DNA of 64,000 nucleotides. Origin: Nemertoderma westbladi (Eukaryota; Animalia; Xenacoelomorpha). A program made the translations under genes and the position numbers. The stretch spans positions 1-64,000 of the forward strand of contig JAUCBJ010002182.1 in NCBI GenBank assembly GCA_032718475.1. Direction: 5' to 3'. Every line of letters begins with the position of its first letter. The stretch's first letter is position 1. Below, in pieces: positions 11,001 to 21,879 of this stretch. The notes beneath the pieces were generated by a model. The model worked only from the letters and a program-made list of their open reading frames with translations. It made no database searches and had not been told where the DNA came from.

Positions 11001-14000
11001 GATGTGGCACATAATTGGTTTGAGGAGTAGCAATTAAATCATCACCAACTAATTTAACTGCATACCCACTATCTATATATTCGTGTATTTTCTCAACATA
11101 CTTGGGAAAATACTGTTTACTTTCTTCATTTGACATGAAACGTTTTCCTAAGGAAAACAACCGTTTCTCTGCCAAATGCCGGTTATTAAGTATGGTATTG
11201 GGATCACAATCCCATAACATACCTACTTCGTACTTACCATCCTCTTCACAAAAAACAGTTGTCTCTGTGAGGATCTGCCTGGCACGCTTATCATTTGCTG
11301 ATTCATGTTGAATCGAGTTGTCATGGTCTTCGAGTCGGCCATACCCAAGATTTTCAAGGTCCCAGAACTGGGATAAATGACGTTTAATATCAATAGGTGG
11401 TGGAGGTTTTACCTGTGTCTTAAATGCATTTACAGATTCTTGTTTCCGCTGGTTACAAAGTGGATTAACTAATGGACCAGAAATGTACCATCCAAAGGGA
11501 GATAATGTTGCATATGGTTGGCTGAGGGGTGAGTCACCATAACATTGTTCTAGTTTATAATGTGCAAGAGGAACATCCTGTCCAATTAGGACACTTACAA
11601 ATGGTAAATCTATACCTTTAGAATTGAGATCAATAGCTGACAAGTGCGGAAAACTAGATAACAAGGAATCATGTGATGTTCTCTTTCCTAGCTTCAATTT
11701 ATCTGATACATAAACGCTAACATCACCTATGACTCGTCCATCAATTAACGATAAAAATTGGCATTGAGTTATACCAATCTCAACATCATTTTCATTGTGA
11801 AGAAGAGTTGTCATCGACAAAGAACTATATACTTCTGGTTCACAATTTAAGATTTGAGTAACTTCCTTGTGTATGAATGAGTTGGTAGAACCACCATCGA
11901 TTAAAGCGAAGGTAGAAACCATTCTTCCACAAATGCATACCTTTAAGGAGACGATTGGGAGGATTGTTTGATTTAGGCTATCCTGAAACTTGTTCGTCAT
12001 TGTGGATAACAGTACCTTTGGATTTTCCTTAGACCCAGATGGATACTTATCGGTGACATTTTTGTCCCCCTTTGGCTGCTTGGAAGATGAGATATTAATC
12101 AATTTACGAGTGTTTACATTATGCATTATGGATGCGTGATTACCTTGACACTCTGGACATATAAGAGAGAAAGGGCAATTTATTGCTATATGTCCTGAAC
12201 GGGAACACTTGAAACAACCATGTTGTTTCCAAATTACATTTCCCTTTTGAGAACCAGTCATTGCAATAAACTGTGGACATTTATACAAAAAATGTGAAAC
12301 TCCTTCACACAAAGTGCATTCTGGAGGAGTATTTGAAATTACAGGCGATGACAGATTACCCTTATGCTTGGTTTGAACTATCATTGATGTGACCTTCCTT
12401 GTGTCCTTAAGAGGATCATTAGATACTTTGACTACTTTTCCTTTATCACTACTCTGTTGTTGATCCTTTGTGGAAACTGTGTATAATTGTGAATAATGAG
12501 GATGATCTCCAACCTCAGCATAGAAATTCACAAAACGAAGAACATCCAATAATGTAGGATCAGAAGCTAGACCTGTTTCTGACCTTCTCCTATTTGAGAT
12601 TCGTGTGGCTTCCATCTGCCACTTTCTTATAAGTTCTTGTGGAAGGCGAGCAATGATTGCACGAAGATTATGATGGCTGTTCATCTCCTGAGGATTTTTC
12701 AAATGTTTTAATGTATTATATACATTACGTATCTGATCTGCATATAACATCAAATCAGCTGAATTAAACTTAACGGCAGGTTTACTTAGAATAAGAGAAT
12801 CGAAGGTTGATCGGATTATCTTAGTAACATGACCATATCTTTGATCAAGTAATGCCCATGCTAAACGATAGCCATATGGTGCATTGATAAAACCTTTCAC
12901 AGCCTCCTTTGGAGGCCCAGTGAGATATGCAAGGAGATATGAAAATTTCTCCTGATCACTAATTTGTTTGATTCCTATTGTAGCATTAAAGTTTACTGAA
13001 AAAGTAATATAATCCTCTGGTGCACCACCGAACCTTTCAGGTTTAGGTAGTGGTGTATGAGATGAAAGGGCAACACGGTCTAATAATGCCCTCTCATAAC
13101 CATCATCTCTTCCTGTGTATGAAGATCTGCCAAGAGGATTTAATATATCACTTTGCCCACCCGGTGATAAATAAGCACCATATGGTGGGTGATTACTATC
13201 CTTACAACCACCATTACCTGCAGGTGGTCCACCGCCATTGCCACCTGGAGGGTGACCACAACCACCACTACAATTATTTGGTAAACCACCACCTCCACTT
13301 AGAGAGTGGCCTTCACCACTGTAATTCCAGAATGGTGGCTCTCCACTTCCAACAAATGGTGGACTAACACTTCCGACATTTGGAGTGCCAGTGTATGTAA
13401 TGTCAAGAGGATGTGTACCTCGTGGCACATCCCTTTGTCCAGCAAAAATTGGATGATAACTCATGTAATTAACTCCTGGTTCTACATTGTCTATAATTTT
13501 ACTGTTTATATGGTTATACTGACCACGATTATAGTTGGGCAGACTGTCACCCATAGATTGTAAATGTGATTTCTCAAAATCAATGGGACTAGAAGATTTG
13601 TGAATATTGGCTGATATATCATCATGCCAATATTTTCCCTTAAATCCGTTACCAATACCTGTATGAGGTGTGTTATTATCTACATGTTTACCGTTGTTGT
13701 CAAAGTTATTTTCTGCGATGGGCATGTATGGTTCATATCCCCTATCCTGATCGCACTCATTTGTCCTGTGTCTGGGTACATAGGAGTCCGCAGAAGCACG
13801 GAGACCAGAAATTTCTTCCTGTGCACCAATCAGTACGGGTGTATCATTTTTATTAACCACTTTTGTTACTTTAGATTTTATCTGTTTATTTATGTGATCA
13901 TCTTGTTTAAAAGTAACTGTCTGTGAATAAGGTTTGTCTGAGTTTTTTGTTTGACCAAGTTGCTCAGGAGGGTGCTCTGGTGGAATCACATTCTGATGTC

Positions 14001-15237
14001 TTTCAGACAATTCTTCCCTGCGTTGATTCTCCTTTTGCAATAAATCAGCAACCAATTGTTTGCGCTGAAGATCAAACCGTGCCTGTTGTCTGTCAAAGGT
14101 TGCTTGCTCAATAAGATTATTTGCCTTTAATTCATTTGCCCTTTGCACCTCTTTTGCTTTGTGTATGGATTCAAGTTCAGTTTGTAATTTCGCTTCCTTT
14201 GCCTCAGCATCCGCCTGTAGTTTGGCTTTTGTTGCCTGACTGGTTTTCCAATCAAGCTGTTCCTCAGCTTGTTTGTCCATAAGTTTGGAGAGTTCCAGTT
14301 CCATCGAAGCTTCAACTTGTAGTCTAGATAATGAAGCCGATGTGCCACTTAAAATGCTTGTTAGTCGCGATTTATCCTTCCTCAGCTTCTTTGTTGCAAA
14401 TGTTGCACTAGCAGAGTGTGAAGGATGTATACTGTTTGTATCGGTTCTTGTGGCGATATCTCGACTTCTGTTAATTCTAGAATTGTGTGGTAAACTTATA
14501 TAGTTTGGCACGGATTCTTTATTTCTAATAGTGACCTGCTCATTTGTTGTTGTTACATCGGGGTTATTCAGCCATGGTACTTCGGCATGTATACCAACAC
14601 GTGTGAGTTCTTTTGCCTGCACAGATCGTCCAGACTCATAGAAGTCATCTACACTGGTACACATATTGGCCTCCTTGGCTATGAATTGCATTAACATGTC
14701 AGTATATTTCACTGGCATAGACATACCCTGGCGCTCATACGCCAACTTCAACTCACCTATTTTATCAATTACTTTGGAATAAGCATTTCCCAACTTGGTC
14801 AATAAATCACGAGGTATGGATTTATCTGTATGTTGATACTCACTTATTGTACGATCAAGCCGGGTAACATTACTAAGATATCCAGACAGACTCTTAGTTA
14901 GTGAGGATGTATTGATATTATCACTTTCATTCACCACTTGTGTTGGATGATGCCTCGTAGATCTGCGTGGCACTTGTTCTTCTGGAGGTTGTTGTGCCTC
15001 TACTTGCAGTACAGCTTGTTCTACTGGAGTTTCCTGCAAAAATGCTCGCAATTGCAATGTTTCCTGTAACAATATTGCGTCATTCTGCGATTTGGTCTCT
15101 GTTTCAGACATGACTGTAGCTGTTACTGCCGTTCCAACGGATGACGATGGGGATGAAACACGTGAATAACTTTGACCCAAAATGTCATCAACATTAACAT
15201 CCTCATTGACTGTGGGATTATTTCCCCCAGTAGCCAT
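8014..15237 (-). CDS. BEL/Pao gag-pol polyprotein, copy 2 (intact, 2407 aa)
   Basis: Same protein as copy 1 except for a one-codon indel (KKLLRK vs KKLRK; near 6571 vs 14383). Confidence 0.97.
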   Translation of the reverse strand: MATGGNNPTVNEDVNVDDILGQSYSRVSSPSSSVGTAVTATVMSETETKSQNDAILLQETLQLRAFLQETPVEQAVLQVEAQQPPEEQVPRRSTRHHPTQVVNESDNINTSSLTKSLSGYLSNVTRLDRTISEYQHTDKSIPRDLLTKLGNAYSKVIDKIGELKLAYERQGMSMPVKYTDMLMQFIAKEANMCTSVDDFYESGRSVQAKELTRVGIHAEVPWLNNPDVTTTNEQVTIRNKESVPNYISLPHNSRINRSRDIATRTDTNSIHPSHSASATFATKKLRKDKSRLTSILSGTSASLSRLQVEASMELELSKLMDKQAEEQLDWKTSQATKAKLQADAEAKEAKLQTELESIHKAKEVQRANELKANNLIEQATFDRQQARFDLQRKQLVADLLQKENQRREELSERHQNVIPPEHPPEQLGQTKNSDKPYSQTVTFKQDDHINKQIKSKVTKVVNKNDTPVLIGAQEEISGLRASADSYVPRHRTNECDQDRGYEPYMPIAENNFDNNGKHVDNNTPHTGIGNGFKGKYWHDDISANIHKSSSPIDFEKSHLQSMGDSLPNYNRGQYNHINSKIIDNVEPGVNYMSYHPIFAGQRDVPRGTHPLDITYTGTPNVGSVSPPFVGSGEPPFWNYSGEGHSLSGGGGLPNNCSGGCGHPPGGNGGGPPAGNGGCKDSNHPPYGAYLSPGGQSDILNPLGRSSYTGRDDGYERALLDRVALSSHTPLPKPERFGGAPEDYITFSVNFNATIGIKQISDQEKFSYLLAYLTGPPKEAVKGFINAPYGYRLAWALLDQRYGHVTKIIRSTFDSLILSKPAVKFNSADLMLYADQIRNVYNTLKHLKNPQEMNSHHNLRAIIARLPQELIRKWQMEATRISNRRRSETGLASDPTLLDVLRFVNFYAEVGDHPHYSQLYTVSTKDQQQSSDKGKVVKVSNDPLKDTRKVTSMIVQTKHKGNLSSPVISNTPPECTLCEGVSHFLYKCPQFIAMTGSQKGNVIWKQHGCFKCSRSGHIAINCPFSLICPECQGNHASIMHNVNTRKLINISSSKQPKGDKNVTDKYPSGSKENPKVLLSTMTNKFQDSLNQTILPIVSLKVCICGRMVSTFALIDGGSTNSFIHKEVTQILNCEPEVYSSLSMTTLLHNENDVEIGITQCQFLSLIDGRVIGDVSVYVSDKLKLGKRTSHDSLLSSFPHLSAIDLNSKGIDLPFVSVLIGQDVPLAHYKLEQCYGDSPLSQPYATLSPFGWYISGPLVNPLCNQRKQESVNAFKTQVKPPPPIDIKRHLSQFWDLENLGYGRLEDHDNSIQHESANDKRARQILTETTVFCEEDGKYEVGMLWDCDPNTILNNRHLAEKRLFSLGKRFMSNEESKQYFPKYVEKIHEYIDSGYAVKLVGDDLIATPQTNYVPHHFVTYPDTPGKIRVVNDAAAKFRGRSLNDMLLSGPNQLNLLFGVLLRFRQDNIAFMCDIESMFHCIKMTRKDQDSVRFLWWSNDKIHDQIEEYRMTVHAFGKKDSPCVAINTLRLTGDTHKDDFIPLVNETIQHSFYMDDGLPSVSTVEEAVTLARGLIDCLARGGFNLRCFISNSREFLAQINSTRLSKNVDLDLEHLPQSKTLGVQWNTETDEFGFRVRVRDSPSTKRGCLSSLSSLYDPLGFISPVTLRGKIILRNMWSVMLGWDEKLPTVISDSWEKWRIQLPSLVKLKIPRVYFHNRKPDEAFELHHFCDASKEGYGAVLYLLRCYNESDKHMVSFVTSKARTTPIKNPKSINKLELQSCILALRIGQTIMRELWYKIVSRTFWSDSKVALGWIKNPDLKLKTFETNRVTEIRNNSLVNDWRYVPTDMNPADHVSRGMTPQELIDCKQWFTGPEFLQGMKDTWPADPIIYNAPVVESEEKPKVFLSSIKISNPDSTTKFIKYFRNTNRLYVCTARMRRACCAHFCKHRGLEYHPPERISKCEMDAAKVAVVRYVQRPFEDDRLRLLSGCPVRKGSPLERMNPHVDKSGVLRMGSRCISTALDFDEMNPVVIPKDSVLIPHIIYDHHWSLGHAGREHVTNEIRRRYWIIGLRSQIKVFLSKCMICKMRDHRLMKQQMANLPSYRTEPYLPPYTRTGVDYFGPIDTKRGRARVKRWVALYTCLATRAVELDVVEDLSTNSFINSLRRFVNSKARRVTDIYSDNGTNFVGAERQLHEALDDLNHIDFSNVLVPNHRINFHRQPPGGPHMSGVWERLVGLTKNIIKLTLEKELVNDDTLRTVLSEAQAILNSRPLYSTTDDVRGDTILTPNHALCLDPVSNLPPGLFITANDGIERTWRQSQVLSNFFWKRFIREYLPTLHKRTKWYRPGYNLKVNDMVLVMDENSIKSAWIVGRITRVFPGEDKLVRVAEIKLRGGSVLKRPIHKLCLLEQAQ

Positions 15238-15403
15238 ATCTCATTTGTTGATTTTATTTTACTTATTTGATATATTGGGGAAAATTTAATTTGCCAATTT
15301 ATTGACAATTTGACAAAAACTTGAGAGGTAAACCGAAGTTCAAAATGTTCAATATATTCAAATGCGTCCACCCAAATAAACTGAACACCTGAACCCAACC
15401 ACT

Positions 15404-15625
15404 TGTGAGTACTGCGTAGGATATCGTCTTTAATAATTTTACGAGTTACCGTTACGAGGCAACTTACAATTTGTACAGAAGTACTGGCCGCATTCAGGGA
15501 AAACAGTGATGGTGCAGCCTACTCAACTTGAAAACCCTACAAATAAACAAAGGCCTACACTATCAAATGTATTTCAATAATATATGTTTAAGCAGATTTT
15601 TAAATAATGCTGATTGCCATTCACA
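15404..15625 (-). repeat. Putative 5' LTR of BEL copy 2
   Basis: Same sequence as 7595-7816; similarity between the copies stops 2 bp beyond it. Confidence 0.62.
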
Positions 15626-17374
15626 ATACCAGCAACCGATGTTTAATATTATATACTGCCATATATTCCACAATATATATAACAAAACAAATGTGTTAAT
15701 CTAACAAAATAATATAACGATTCAATATCAATAATATTTGATGTGCAGAAAGAACATGGATATGATAGATAATGATAAAAGGCCTACACCATTTTAAACA
15801 ACACAAGAATATCCGCAGATTTAATAATAAAATATAGTAGGCACTACGTGTTGTCTGCCTAATAAGTATGTCTAGTAAACACAGTACCGGTGATATATAT
15901 ATAATTATATTTAGTAGTGCACTTATTATTAAACTACCGGTACCTTTACGTAAACATCCCGTGATATACAGTGTGAAGTTGTTGCTGTGAGTGATAGTAC
16001 GACACGATAGATGACTGCTGCAACAGTGCAAAATTGAAGCAAAAAATACAGTATGACATTCACCAGCTGAATAAAGTAAGCATAGGGTTCATGACGTCCT
16101 ATGATAACATCAGCTATAAATGTATCATACAGTATATAAAACTTTAATTGCTGCAATTGCACTGGCGAAACAATCACTATGCCGTGGAGTGGTTAGTGGG
16201 TTACTATAGTAAATGTCGTGTAACTAAATGTACATAACACAGATATACAAAAATATAAACCCAACTGACTTAACAAGAACGTAAGGAAGCAAGTATCTTA
16301 AAACTATTAAGATACACTACGCCGCCGTGTCCTGTAACAGACTGATTAATTGTTTAACTTCTACAACCAGCCTACAACAATAACATACGGTATACAGATA
16401 CAGATAGGCAGTAAGGCAGATACAAACTGAAAGCCTAAATGCATATACCGTAAGTACATATAGACAGACAATAATTGTTAGTCTATAAACTTGATCAGTA
16501 AAGCCTACCACAATGTAATAATTAATAACAATGGATAGCCTGACCACGTTTGACGTTGTACCAAAGACCAAAACGGTCGGTACCAACACTTTGTCAAACA
16601 AATGACAGTGACAATAAACTGAAGCACAAATAAGGAAGCACCTTTACATCCAGATAATTTTCCAACCCGTTTACAATAACGTTATTCCTACATGTAAGTA
16701 CATTTAAGGTACCCAGAATAAAACCAGCTGGAACTATTTAATGTATTAAAAATATCAACGCACAACTCGGTCGTTGATATGTTTATAAACTAAATCAATA
16801 AACGAAACAGGATGGACCTTTGAGTTGTGTCATTTGTCATATGTATGTAAGCATCTAACCTTAGCTAAAAGAACATGTATAAATATAAATGAAATATAAT
16901 AATAATAATTGTCAATATAATCTCAATAGCATTTCTAAATTACACTAAGATAACAAGATGAATATAATTAATGCACTATGTTAATGTATACGGTAACGTT
17001 AATAATAATGATAATTGCAATAATGTTGATAAGTAGATTTATGTGGTTTAATCAGTAATCTTAATTGTTATGATGTTAATACATTAATGAAAGATCCAAC
17101 TCTAAACATACTGAAACCGGCTGTGCTTCCCTAACGCTTCAGTGTCACTGTAAGATAACTAGCTATAACAGCCGCTATATCATATAGGAAATATGTAAGG
17201 CAATATAAACCCACAGGAAAGTACATATGAGATAAATAAACATTGCATGTGAGCCAATCAGAGAGATATACACCTTATAAACAAGGAGAAACACTGGTTG
17301 AGTAATATTAGATATTGTGGACAGGTTGGCCAATAGGGAAGGTTTACTAAAGCTGCTGATAATTACTGTGGGCA

Positions 17375-17453
17375 TTGTGGGGCGAGCCACGAAGTTGGCG
17401 GAGCCTTAGCGAATTGACACTGTTAGGGGGTGGGCCAATTTATGCAAATAGTT

Positions 17454-17486
<33 letters not shown>

Positions 17487-18941
17487 GTCGTCGTCGTCGT
17501 CGTCGTTGTCGTCGTCGTTACGATTTTGACATGCTAATAACTTTGTCGGATTTAAAGCTGCCAAGTTGAAAATTTGTAGGTATCAATATGAGCAAAAGTT
17601 GAGATTTTTGAGAGACTTTCAGACACCATCAGTGCAATGGTCTCCCGCTAGAGGGCCACATGTCTAAACATTAAATGGCCACCCATTTCTTTGCTTTTAA
17701 TCCGTTTAAGCTGAAACTTGGGAAGTATGTACTAGACCATTAGCTGTAAATTTCAAAGGAGGCTAATCTGTCTGCAGTTCTCCAGTCTGCCGCTAGAGGG
17801 CGAAATGTCCCGAATGTGAAATTATTCTTCCATTTAGTTGTTTATGATCTGATTACGCTGAAACTTGTCATATATGTACTAGATGACATCCTGAGTCTTT
17901 GTGTGGATTGTAATCGGTCCGAAGTTTTCCAGTCTCCCGCTAGAGGGCCACATGTCTAAACATTAAATGGCCACCCATTTCTTTGCTTTTAATCCGTTTA
18001 AGCTGAAACTTGGGAAGTATGTACTAGACCATTAGCTGTAAATTTCAAAGGAGGCTAATCTGTCTGCAGTTCTCCAGTCTGCCGCTAGAGGGCGAAATGT
18101 CCCGAATGTGAAATTATTCTTCCATTTAGTTGTTTATGATCTGATTACGCTGAAACTTGTCATATATGTACTAGATGACATCCTGAGTCTTTGTGTGGAT
18201 TGTAATCGGTCCGAAGTTTTCCAGTCTCCCGCTAGAGGGCCACATGTCTAAACATTAAATGGCCACCCATTTCTTTGCTTTTAATCCGTTTAAGCTGAAA
18301 CTTGGGAAGTATGTACTAGACCATTAGCTGTAAATTTCAAAGGAGGCTAATCTGTCTGCAGTTCTCCAGTCTGCCGCTAGAGGGCGAAATGTCCCGAATG
18401 TGAAATTATTCTTCCATTTAGTTGTTTATGATCTGATTACGCTGAAACTTGTCATATATGTACTAGAAGACATCCTAAGTCTTTGTGTGGACAGTAATCG
18501 GTCCGGAGTTTTCGAGTCTGCCGCTAGAGGGCGAAATGTAGGAAAGTGATAACCTTCGCGAATTCCTTGATCTTAATCTATTTAAGCTGAATTTTGGAAT
18601 ATACAGTACCGGTATGTACTAGACCACATGCCTCGTCTTTGTGAGGAAGGTGATCGATCCGTAGTTCTTTAATATGCCGCTAGAGGGCTAAATGTATGAA
18701 AGTGAAAACCTTCCAACATTTCATTATTTATGATCCGTCAATCGGAAACTTGGTAGATATGTAATAGACCATAGGCTGTGGCTTTGTAGGGAAACTAATC
18801 CTTCCTTCTTCAGTTACCCAGTCTCCCGCTAGAGGGTTAACGTTTTCCGGGAAAATCTTCTCCTATGTTTTTATAATCCTTTCGAGTTGATACTTAGCAT
18901 TAACTCATTTCACGTGCTGCGCGAAGGCCCCACTTCGTGTA
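17375..18941 (+). mobile_element. Non-autonomous Helentron/HINE-like (or CryptonV-like) element
   Basis: Subterminal inverted repeats (CACGAAGTTGGCGGAGCCTT near 17388 vs AAGGCCCCACTTCGTG near 18924), a 5' (GTC)n microsatellite, internal ~146-bp subunits forming a 292-bp dimer repeat, and a TT start. A second copy lies at 50372-51377. Family assignment is by architecture only. Confidence 0.7.
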
Positions 18942-19144
18942 TAACTATACTAAGGCATACCATACCTATCCTCTCTATCCATATAATAATGTAGCGCACT
19001 TATAAAAGATAACATAGAATGTATGGGCCTATCTTTATATAACTATAGTTAGGACAACGCATAATAACAGGGTAAATGATGTGGGGAGAGTCATATGGTT
19101 GGGTTAGGACAAAAGATATAACAACAATGAGTAGGTCATCAACA

Positions 19145-21498
19145 GTACACCCCTCGTTAAGACATGGATCCGTATACCCCTCGTTGAGACATGCATCCGT
19201 ATACCCCTCGTTGAGACATGTATCCGTACACCCCTCGTTGAGACATAAGGATCCGTACACCCCTCGTTGAGACATGGATCCGTACACCCCTCGTTGATAC
19301 ATATGGATCCGTACACCCCTCGTTGAGACATGGATCCGTACACCCCCCGTTGAGACATGGATCCGTATACCCCTCGTTGAGACATGTATCCGTACACCCC
19401 TCGTTGAGACATGGATCCGTACACCCCTCGTTGAGACATGGATCCGTACACCCCTCGTTGAGACATGGATCCGTACACCCCTCGTTGAGACATGGATCCA
19501 AACACCCCTCGTTGAGACATATGGATCCGTACACCCCTCGTTGAGACATGGATCCGTATACCCCTCGTTGAGACATGTATCCGTACACCCCTCGTTGAGA
19601 CATGGATCCGTACACCCCTCGTTGAGACATGGATCCGTACACCCCTCGTTGATACATATGGATCCGTACACCCCTCGTTGAGACATGGATCCGTACACCC
19701 CCCGTTGAGACATGGATCCGTATACCCCTCGTTGAGACATGTATCCGTACACCCCTCGTTGAGACATGGATCCGTACACCCCTCGTTGAGACATGGATCC
19801 GTACACCCCTCGTTGAGACATGGATCCGTACACCCCTCGTTGAGACATGGATCCAAACACCCCTCGTTGAGACATGGATCCGTACACCCCTCGTTGAGAC
19901 ATGGATCCGTACACCCCTCGTTGAGACATGGATCCAAACACCCCTCGTTGAGACATATGGATCCGTACACCCCTCGTTGAGACATGCATCCGTATACCCC
20001 TCGTTGAGACATGTATCCGTACACCCCTCGTTGAGACATAAGGATCCGTACACCCCTCGTTGAGACATGGATCCGTACACCCCTCGTTGATACATATGGA
20101 TCCGTACACCCCTCGTTGAGACATGGATCCGTACACCCCCCGTTGAGACATGGATCCGTATACCCCTCGTTGAGACATGTATCCGTACACCCCTCGTTGA
20201 GACATGGATCCGTACACCCCTCGTTGAGACATGGATCCGTACACCCCTCGTTGAGACATGGATCCGTACACCCCTCGTTGAGACATGGATCCAAACACCC
20301 CTCGTTGAGACATATGGATCCGTACACCCCTCGTTGAGACATGGATCCGTATACCCCTCGTTGAGACATGTATCCGTACACCCCTCGTTGAGACATGGAT
20401 CCGTACACCCCTCGTTGAGACATGGATCCGTACACCCCTCGTTGATACATATGGATCCGTACACCCCTCGTTGAGACATGGATCCGTACACCCCCCGTTG
20501 AGACATGGATCCGTATACCCCTCGTTGAGACATGTATCCGTACACCCCTCGTTGAGACATGGATCCGTACACCCCTCGTTGAGACATGGATCCGTACACC
20601 CCTCGTTGAGACATGGATCCGTACACCCCTCGTTGAGACATGGATCCGTACACCCCTCGTTGAGACATGGATCCGTATACCCCTCGTTGAGACATGTATC
20701 CGTACACCCCTCGTTGAGACATGGATCCGTACACCCCTCGTTGAGACATGGATCCGTACACCCCTCGTTGAGACATGGATCCGTACACCCCTCGTTGAGA
20801 CATGGATCCAAACACCCCTCGTTGAGACATATGGATCCGTACACCCCTCGTTGAGACATGGATCCGTATACCCCTCGTTGAGACATGTATCCGTACACCC
20901 CTCGTTGAGACATGGATCCGTACACCCCTCGTTGAGACATGGATCCGTACACCCCTCGTTGAGACATGGATCCGTATACCCCTCGTTGAGACATGTATCC
21001 GTACACCCCTCATTGAGACATGGATCCGTACACCCCTCGTTGAGACATGGATCCGTACACCCCTCGTTGAGACATGGATCCGTATACCCCTCGTTGAGAC
21101 ATGGATCCGTATACCCCTCGTTGAGACATGTATCCGTACACCCCTCGTTGAGACATGGATCCGTACACCCCTCGTTGAGACATGGATCCGTACACCCCTC
21201 GTTGAGACATGTATCCGTACACCCCTCGTTGAGACATGGATCCGTACACCCCTCGTTGAGACATATGGATCCGTACACCCCTCGTTGAGACATGGATCCG
21301 TACACCCCTTGTTGAGACATGGATCCGTATACCCCTCGTTGAGACATGGATCCGTACACCCCTCGTTGAGACATGGATCCGTACACCCCTCGTTGAGACA
21401 TGGATCCGTACACCCCTCGTTGAGACATGGATCCGTACACCCCTCGTTGAGACATGGATCCGTACACCCCTCGTTGAGACATATGGATCCGTACACCC
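19145..21498. repeat. 27-bp minisatellite (GTACACCCCTCGTTGAGACATGGATCC), ~85 copies with 29-bp variants
   Basis: Directly visible; the variant pattern repeats at a 793-bp offset. Confidence 0.97.
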
Positions 21499-21616
21499 GC
21501 CAGCACATCATATAATATACTTTGGTACTACTGTATGTTGTGCACCTCATACTCGAACCCATTACTTTTGGAAACTCTATGATAAAGTCGCTCCTGTGAT
21601 TATTTTGTTCCAATGG

Positions 21617-21684
21617 CATTGGGTGCTGCAGATCCATTGGGTGCTGCAGATCCATTGGGTGCTGCAGATCCAGCTGGGTGCTGC
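21617..21684. repeat. 18-bp tandem repeat, ~3.5 copies (TTGGGTGCTGCAGATCCA)
   Basis: Directly visible. Confidence 0.85.
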
Positions 21685-21879
21685 GGGTTAAAACTAAATA
21701 CCCAGTTGAGAAATCTAAAGCATCAGCTATCAAAACGGATTCTTGGTCAGTTCGAGTTGATTTTGGGATTTCTATTTCAATATTTTTATATTCCATTATA
21801 CCGTTGGGATAGTTAAAAATAATATCTATTGTATTTATTGTTATTTAGTTATTGATCCTATTTTACAATCACATCTAAG

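Larger units (their letters stand above)
7..15625 (-). mobile_element. Head-to-tail dimer of a BEL/Pao element (units 7-7818 and 7819-15627)
   Basis: Direct repeat with a 7812-bp offset. The 3' LTR of copy 1 is expected just left of the window. Confidence 0.93.

Noticed and set aside
245-14503. Short plus-strand ORFs overlapping the BEL polyproteins
   Set aside because: Antisense shadows of the long ORF with no recognisable motifs.
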